From: Deferrisomatales bacterium
GTDB taxonomy: Bacteria > Desulfobacterota > Deferrisomatia > Deferrisomatales > JACRMM01
Assembly: GCA_033551855.1 (NCBI GenBank)
Contig: JAWSUI010000086.1
Coordinates: 1-11,123 of the forward strand
Reading direction: 5' to 3'
Length of the DNA stretch: 11,123 nt
The translations under genes were made by a program, and so were the position numbers. Shown piece after piece: positions 5,842 to 11,123 of this stretch. A model generated the notes under the pieces. The model was given only the letters and a program-made list of their open reading frames with translations. It had not been told where the DNA came from and searched no databases. The stretch's first letter is position 1. Each line of letters begins with the position of its first letter.

Positions 5842-7242
5842 ATGAGGCGACTCGCCACCCTTTGCGCCGGACTCTTGCTGCTGGCCGGGTGCCAGGTTCG
5901 GGCAGTGCGCACCGAGGCGCCCCGGGGGGATGGGGGCAGCGTGTACGTGTACCTGCGGCCCCTGCCCGAGGGGGCGGCGCGGCTCCGGTTCACCCTGGAG
6001 GGCGCAGCGGCGGTGAGCGCCGAGGGGCACGCCGTGCCCCTGGAGCTTCGGCTGGGCGAGCTCGACGGACGCGCGCCCGGGCGCCAGCGGCTGCTGGCCG
6101 CCGGGCGGGTGCCCCCGGGATCCTACCGGGGGCTCTCTCTGGCCGTAGGCAGGGCCTGGCTGCGGGGCGAAGACGGGGAGGCCGCGCTCCTCGTGCCGGA
6201 GGAGCCGGTTTCGGTGGAAGCGCCCTTCGCGGTGGGCCGGGCGGAGGCGGCGCTCGTGGAGGCGGCGCTCCGCACGGAGGGCGCGGTGGACCAGGCCTTC
6301 CGGTTCGCGCCCGCCTTCGACGCCTACGTGCCCCCACGCCCGGTCTTCAGCCGCATCGGGTACGCGGCGAGCGCGGCCGAGGACCACCTGGCGGTCTTCG
6401 ACCGCAAGACCCTCGAGGTGGTCTCCGTGATCGCCACGGGGCGGGGGCCGAGCTCGGTGGTCCTGGACGAGCGCTCCCGCCGGGCGTACGTGGCGCTGGC
6501 GGAGGAGGACGCGGTGGAGGTGGTGGACGTGGCGGCGGGCCGGGTCACGGCCCGGGTGCAGCTCCGCTCCGGGGACCGGCCGCAGTGGCTCGCGCTCACT
6601 CCCGGCGGGCTCCTGCTCTGCGCCAACCGCGACACCGACAGCCTGAGCCTCATCGACGGCGGATCCGCGGTGGAGATCGGCCGCCTCCCGGTCGGCGACG
6701 AGCCCGTCTTCGTGCTCGTGGACCGGCCCGGGCGCCGGGGCTACGTGTTCAACGCCCGCTCCGACACGATCTCGGTCCTCGACCTCACCTCGCGGTCGGT
6801 GGTGGGGGAGCTCCCCGTGGAGGCCGGGCCCTTCCGGGGTTCGATCAACCGGGCCGGCGACCGGCTGTACGTGATCCATCGAGGCTCCCCCTACCTCCTG
6901 GTCGTCGACACCCGAACCCTGGCGCCGCTGGAGCGCGTCCTGGTCGGCCCGGGGGCGAGCGCGGTCCACGTGGACCTGCGCACCGATTTCGTGTACGTGG
7001 CGAATCGTGGTTCGAACCGGGTGGACCTCTACGACCCCTTCTCGCTCCTCCCCGTGGACTTCCTGGAGGCGGGCGGAGCCCCGGCCGACCTGGTCATCGG
7101 CGACGAGGAGAACCGGCTCTTCCTGGCCCTGCCGGAGCAGGGGGCGGTGTCGGCGGTGGACCTCATGGGCATGCGCCTCCGGGGCCTTTTGGAGGTGGGC
7201 CGCGAGCCGCGCTCGCTGGCCGTGTGGGGGGCCCGGGATTGA
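5842..7242 (+). CDS. Lipoprotein with an N-terminal beta-rich domain and a C-terminal YVTN/YncE-type beta-propeller (466 aa)
   Basis: Lipobox LLAG-C17. Repeated blades: RAYVALAEEDAVEVVD, LLCANRDTDSLSLID, GYVFNARSDTISVLD, VYVANRGSNRVDLYD, with TGRGP / VGDEP / VGREP turns. Purine-rich RBS at 5831-5841. Confidence 0.88.
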   Translation: MRRLATLCAGLLLLAGCQVRAVRTEAPRGDGGSVYVYLRPLPEGAARLRFTLEGAAAVSAEGHAVPLELRLGELDGRAPGRQRLLAAGRVPPGSYRGLSLAVGRAWLRGEDGEAALLVPEEPVSVEAPFAVGRAEAALVEAALRTEGAVDQAFRFAPAFDAYVPPRPVFSRIGYAASAAEDHLAVFDRKTLEVVSVIATGRGPSSVVLDERSRRAYVALAEEDAVEVVDVAAGRVTARVQLRSGDRPQWLALTPGGLLLCANRDTDSLSLIDGGSAVEIGRLPVGDEPVFVLVDRPGRRGYVFNARSDTISVLDLTSRSVVGELPVEAGPFRGSINRAGDRLYVIHRGSPYLLVVDTRTLAPLERVLVGPGASAVHVDLRTDFVYVANRGSNRVDLYDPFSLLPVDFLEAGGAPADLVIGDEENRLFLALPEQGAVSAVDLMGMRLRGLLEVGREPRSLAVWGARD

Positions 7243-7296
7243 CGCAGGCGGGCAGGCCTGCGATTCCGGTAGTCTCGGGAGCGGGCCGTATCTCGC

Positions 7297-7343
7297 ACCC
7301 TCTCCCTCAGGGAGAGGGTTGGGGTGAGGGTGGGTTTGAAGGG
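7297..7343. repeat. Extragenic palindrome with G-rich tail (BoxC / potential-intrastrand-triplex-like), copy 2
   Basis: ACCCTCTCCC-TCA-GGGAGAGGGT 10-bp stem, followed by TGGGGTGAGGGTGGG and TTTGAAGGG. Confidence 0.78.
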
Positions 7344-7379
7344 GAGGGGACGACGGCGTTAGCGGCCGTTGCTCATGCT

Positions 7380-9542
7380 TTGCGGCGTCGCGCCCGCCTG
7401 ACAGCCCTCTGGTCCGTCGTTCTGGCTACGCTTTCGGCTTTGCTCGGTCCGCCCGGAGCCCGGGCGGACAGCCTGCGGAGCACGGTGGAGTACAATTACT
7501 CGGTGGCCGACTCCGAGACCCGCACCGAAGGGGGCGAGACCACCCGTACGGAATCGCGAACCTTCGGCCAGCGCTACCGCCTGGGCTTCGAGAAGACCTT
7601 CTACCCGTACCTCACCCTGCGCGGGGGCGGGCTCTTCGAGAGGATCGACTCCTCGGTGGAGGCCGACGCCGGCGACTCGGACGCGACGTTCACGCGCCTG
7701 AACCCCTTCGCCGAGCTGGTGCTGGGGAGCCCCCTGTACTCCGCCGCCCTGGGGTACAACCGCCAGGAGGAGAAGAGCGAGAGCGGCGGCGTGAGCGACA
7801 AGAGGATCCGCGACCTGTACACCGCGCGGCTCGGCTGGCGCCCGGTGGACGCCCCGTCTCTCAACCTCCAGTACAGCCGCACCGACACCTACGACCCCGC
7901 CCGGCGGGACGAGGACGGCACCCGGGAGTTGTTCCAGCTCACCTCGCGGTACCGGCCGGTGAGCACGGTGGACCTGACCTACCAGGGCTCGCTGAGCCAG
8001 AGCGAGGACCGGCTGTCGGGCGTGGAAACCGAGGAGATGACGCACTCGGGCCGCGTCGCCTACGACGACCGGTACTGGGACAACCGGCTCTCCCTCAGCA
8101 CGAGCTACGCCGTCTCCCACCGGACCACTGAGACCCGGGCCCCGGCCGGGGCCGAGGTGACGGTGGAACAGGGCGCCCTGCGGGCCCTCTCGGCGCTGGA
8201 CGACACGGTGGACCCCATCGAGCTCGCCGACGCCCCGGCTCTGCTGGCCGGGAACGCGGGCGTCCCCATCGGCCTGCCCTCGGCCGGGGCCTTGGAGCCG
8301 CTGCGCCAACTGGGCCTGCAGTTCCTGGACGGCACCGAGGTCAACGCCCTCCGGGTCTTCGTGAACCGCGACGTCTCTTTGGACTCCCCGTTCCCGCCGT
8401 TCCGGTGGGAGGTGTACGAGAGCACGAACAACGAGGACTGGCGCCTGGTGCAGGGGGCCTCCGCCGCGACCTTCGTGCGGCAGTTCGAGACCTTCTGGTT
8501 CGAGGTCCGATTTCCCAGGGTCGCGAGCCCCTATGTCAAGGTCGTGGTGAGCCCGCTGGTCCTGCCGGGGGTCGCCGAGATCCGGGTCACGAGGCTCCAG
8601 GGGGCCTTGATCCTTCCCGGGGAGGAGGCGCGGGGCGAGACGCACCGCACGAGCCACCTGGTGAACCTGGCGGCCCGCGCGCGGCTGCTGGAGGACCCGA
8701 GCCTCTTCTACACCTTCACGCTGCTGCACAGCCGGAGCGATCCGGACACGGTGACCCGCACCCTCGTCTCCAACGGCCTCTCGGTCAACCGCCGGCTCCG
8801 GCCCTGGCTGACCGGGGCGGCCCAGGTCGCCCGGGACGACGCGGACGAGACGGCGGGCCGGCGGGTGGACTACCGCTGGGGGGCCTCCCTGAACGCGACG
8901 CCCCTGCCCACCCTGACCCAGACGGCGGCCTACAGCGGCCGCCGGTCGCAGACCGACGAGGGGACGAGCCGGCGGCAGTCGGTCTCTCTCAACAACCGGG
9001 CCGCCCTGTATCGGGGGGTGGATGTGCTCCTCAACGGGGGGGTGAGTGAAGCCTTCCGGGAGGACGGGCAGAGGACCCGGAGCTACCTGGTGAGCGCGGG
9101 CGCCGAGGTCACGCCCCACCCCGCGATGACGTGGAGCGTCTTCTACTCCGCCGATTGGTCCGAGCAGTCGGGGGGCGACCGCCCCGACGCGAGCACCTCG
9201 ACCCGGCGGGCCCGGGCGAGCGTGGGGTGGAACCCCCTGCCCGCGGTGAACCTGTTTGCGTCGGTGGACCGCGTGGACCGGGAAGAGGGGGTGACGACCC
9301 TGTACAACTGGTCGGGCAACTGGTCCCCCTTGCGGGACGGGACCCTGCAGCTGAGCTTCTCGTACAGCGAGAGCCTGCGGCCGGAGGACGAGGCCAAGGA
9401 CCGCATGATCGGCCCGAGCCTCCGGTGGGAGATCCGCAGGGGAACCTTCCTGGACCTCTCGTACAGCTACCTGGAGAGCGAGACCGCGACCCAGGAGACC
9501 GTCAGCCGGATGATGTCGGGGAACCTGCAGGTGAATTTCTAG
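7380..9542 (+). CDS. Large outer-membrane beta-barrel protein (about 720 aa) with a central inserted soluble domain
   Basis: Signal peptide (M)RRRARLTALWSVVLATLSALLGPPGARA. Many amphipathic alternating strands (QRYRLGFEKT, YTARLGWRP, SLNLQYSRT, YRWGASLNATP, LQLSFSYSE). C-terminal GNLQVNF ends in Phe, as BAM substrates do. The start is uncertain: TTG 7380 is chosen, with no close SD. Confidence 0.8.
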   Translation: MRRRARLTALWSVVLATLSALLGPPGARADSLRSTVEYNYSVADSETRTEGGETTRTESRTFGQRYRLGFEKTFYPYLTLRGGGLFERIDSSVEADAGDSDATFTRLNPFAELVLGSPLYSAALGYNRQEEKSESGGVSDKRIRDLYTARLGWRPVDAPSLNLQYSRTDTYDPARRDEDGTRELFQLTSRYRPVSTVDLTYQGSLSQSEDRLSGVETEEMTHSGRVAYDDRYWDNRLSLSTSYAVSHRTTETRAPAGAEVTVEQGALRALSALDDTVDPIELADAPALLAGNAGVPIGLPSAGALEPLRQLGLQFLDGTEVNALRVFVNRDVSLDSPFPPFRWEVYESTNNEDWRLVQGASAATFVRQFETFWFEVRFPRVASPYVKVVVSPLVLPGVAEIRVTRLQGALILPGEEARGETHRTSHLVNLAARARLLEDPSLFYTFTLLHSRSDPDTVTRTLVSNGLSVNRRLRPWLTGAAQVARDDADETAGRRVDYRWGASLNATPLPTLTQTAAYSGRRSQTDEGTSRRQSVSLNNRAALYRGVDVLLNGGVSEAFREDGQRTRSYLVSAGAEVTPHPAMTWSVFYSADWSEQSGGDRPDASTSTRRARASVGWNPLPAVNLFASVDRVDREEGVTTLYNWSGNWSPLRDGTLQLSFSYSESLRPEDEAKDRMIGPSLRWEIRRGTFLDLSYSYLESETATQETVSRMMSGNLQVNF

Positions 9543-9657
9543 CAGGCGAGGTTCCGGGCGCCCCATGCGGTGCGTAGGGGTTGAACATGGGCCTGAAACC
9601 TGCATCCTGGAACCGGGAACGGATTCCGGGACCAACGAGCGACGAGGGCACCCAACG

Positions 9658-10242
9658 ATGAACGCGACCATCCGCAGCGCGATCGCTGCCTTGCTCCTCC
9701 TCCCGCTCGTCGGCGGGTGCGCGACCACCGGGGGAACCCGCTACCACAACCTCCAGATGGACTTCGGATCCCTCCAGAGCGTGGCGGTGCTGCCCTTCGC
9801 CAACCTCACCCGGGACCAGGCCGCGGGGGAGAGCGTGAGGGACGTGTTCACCACCATGCTCCTGGCCACGGGCGCGGTGTACGTGGTGCCGCCGGGGGAG
9901 ACCTTCCGGGGCCTGTCCCGGGCGAACCCCCTGGACCCCACCCGGCCTTCCCCCGAGGAGGTCAAACGCATCGCGGGCATCGTGAGCGTGGACGCGGTGA
10001 TCACCGGGATCGTGCGGGAGTTCGGCGAGGCGCGGTCGGGCCAGGCGGCGGCCAACGTGGTCTCGGTGACCCTGCAGATGATCGAGGCCGAAACGGGCCT
10101 GGTGGTCTGGACCGGCTCCACGACGAAGGGCGGCGTCACCTGGAAGGACCGCCTCTTCGGAGGCGGCGGCCAGCCCATGAACAAGGTGATCCAGGCGGCC
10201 GTGGAGGACCTGCTGGACAAGTTCTTCGAGCCGGTGGAGTAG
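9658..10242 (+). CDS. Lipoprotein, CsgG/GNA1162(DUF799)/LpoB-like fold (194 aa)
   Basis: ATG 9658 follows GAGGG. Lipobox LVGG-C21. Family-typical segments: SVAVLPFANLT, VDAVITGIVREF, VSVTLQMIEAETGLVVWTGS. Confidence 0.85.
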   Translation: MNATIRSAIAALLLLPLVGGCATTGGTRYHNLQMDFGSLQSVAVLPFANLTRDQAAGESVRDVFTTMLLATGAVYVVPPGETFRGLSRANPLDPTRPSPEEVKRIAGIVSVDAVITGIVREFGEARSGQAAANVVSVTLQMIEAETGLVVWTGSTTKGGVTWKDRLFGGGGQPMNKVIQAAVEDLLDKFFEPVE

Positions 10243-10357
10243 GAGCGAAAGGCCGGCTGGCGGGCACGATGTCGGATGATGGGATGAGCGATGCTCCAAG
10301 GGATGCAGACCGGTTTCGTCAGGGTGTCTCGCCGGAAATTTGCCATTGTCTTTCGCG

Positions 10358-11123
10358 ATGATGCGCAGTAGTTGGGTGGTCTGCGGCCTCTTGGGGCTCC
10401 TCGGGTGTGCGGGAACGGCCGTGCAGCCGGGGGGAGAGCGTGGGGCTGAGGCGCCTTTCGTGCGGGAGGCGGTCGTGCCGCCCTTGCGGGTGGAGGCCCT
10501 CGAACCGGACCGGCCCGCCCCCCAGGCGGCGGTGACCACGACCATCCGGTGGGAGGCGGAGGTCACCGGGGGCGTGGGGGGGCAGGTCCACACCTTCCGC
10601 CTGCGGGACCCCCGGGGAAGGGAATCTTCCGTTCAAGAGGGGCCTGGGCCCGCGTGGTCGTGGACGCCCGCCGAGGCAGGGCTCTTCCACGTGCGTGCGG
10701 GCGTCCGCGACGAACAGGGCAACGAGGCCTGGGGCCCCTGGGTCCCTTACGAGGTGGCGGAGCCCCTGGTCTTGTCGACGCCGGCGCCGGACCGGCCGGG
10801 CCCCCGCATGGCGACCACGCCCGTCCGGTGGGAAGCGGCGGCGATCGGGGGCGTGGGCGCGCGGGTCTATTCCTTCTATCTGCGCGAGGCCGAAGGACCG
10901 GAGGCCTTGGTGCAGGAGGGGCCGGACCCGGCGTGGGAGTGGGCGCCGGCGGAGGCCGGGGTGTACCGGGTGAGGGTCGCGGTGCGGGATGCCTTGGGAA
11001 ACCGTGCTGCCGCCCCGTGGAGCGTGCCCTTCGAGGTGGCGCCCGTGCTCCGGGTGGCGCCGGTGTCGCCGGACCGGCCCGCCCCCCAGGCGGCGGTGAC
11101 CACGACCATCCGGTGGGAGGCGG
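10358..11123 (+). CDS. Lipoprotein with tandem 94-aa Ig/PKD-like (Y_Y_Y-like) repeats; partial, runs off the window
   Basis: Manually translated: MMRSSWVVCGLLGLLG-C17, open to the window end. Repeats begin PDRP at 10505, 10787 and 11069 and share RWEA...GGVG...VQEGP.PAW.W.PAEAG.(F/Y).VR..VRD..GN. An in-frame stop lies upstream at 10277. Confidence 0.82.
   Translation, partial: MMRSSWVVCGLLGLLGCAGTAVQPGGERGAEAPFVREAVVPPLRVEALEPDRPAPQAAVTTTIRWEAEVTGGVGGQVHTFRLRDPRGRESSVQEGPGPAWSWTPAEAGLFHVRAGVRDEQGNEAWGPWVPYEVAEPLVLSTPAPDRPGPRMATTPVRWEAAAIGGVGARVYSFYLREAEGPEALVQEGPDPAWEWAPAEAGVYRVRVAVRDALGNRAAAPWSVPFEVAPVLRVAPVSPDRPAPQAAVTTTIRWEA
10505..11123 (+). repeat. Intragenic 282-bp period repeat; 55-bp exact direct repeat at 10505-10559 and 11069-11123
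   Basis: CCGGACCGGCCCGCCCCCCAGGCGGCGGTGACCACGACCATCCGGTGGGAGGCGG is identical at both sites, 564 bp apart. Confidence 0.9.

Noticed and set aside
5793..7379. N-terminal 529 aa of the 1249-aa ORF in the track
   Set aside because: It is a G/R/A/P-rich alternative-frame shadow of the YVTN gene and runs through an intergenic repeat. The credible protein starts at the signal peptide near 7380.
9605..9631. GGAA-capped imperfect hairpin before the CsgG-like gene
   Set aside because: It has no U-tract and no recognisable RNA family features; such hairpins arise easily at this GC content.
10268..10305. Clustered GATG motifs in the last intergenic region
   Set aside because: Spacing is irregular and the motif is too short to support a function.
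120..11109. Numerous long antisense and alternate-frame ORFs (e.g. 7359-9728, 4025-5638, 2710-4209, 5767-6969 on -; 120-1049, 3018-4217 on +)
   Set aside because: They fully overlap well-supported genes, are low-complexity with no motifs, and are expected from stop-codon scarcity in high-GC DNA.

Overview
High-GC bacterial DNA, probably from a Desulfobacterota/'deltaproteobacterial' lineage (taxonomy is inferred from gene content, not established). Every real gene is on the + strand, and the window is an OmcS-type cytochrome nanowire locus. The order is: sigma-54 promoter, secreted NHL beta-propeller, GEMM-I cyclic-dinucleotide riboswitch, three tandem OmcS-family multiheme cytochromes c (6, 6 and 7 CxxCH motifs), YVTN/YncE beta-propeller lipoprotein, large outer-membrane beta-barrel with an inserted soluble domain, CsgG/GNA1162-like lipoprotein, and the 5' part of a lipoprotein built from 94-aa Ig-like repeats (missing from the ORF track). 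The most unusual points: (1) the third paralog carries a seventh heme motif that looks like a local duplication of heme-1. (2) The riboswitch has G at the specificity position (c-di-GMP type, unlike the cGAMP-type A20 riboswitch of Geobacter omcS), and its P1 5' strand is a perfect anti-Shine-Dalgarno for the first cytochrome, predicting a translational ON switch. (3) Terminator-like hairpins suggest a major/minor subunit hierarchy. Two triplex-type (BoxC/PIT-like) intergenic repeats are also present. All family assignments come from motif recognition and recalled sequences; no searches were run.
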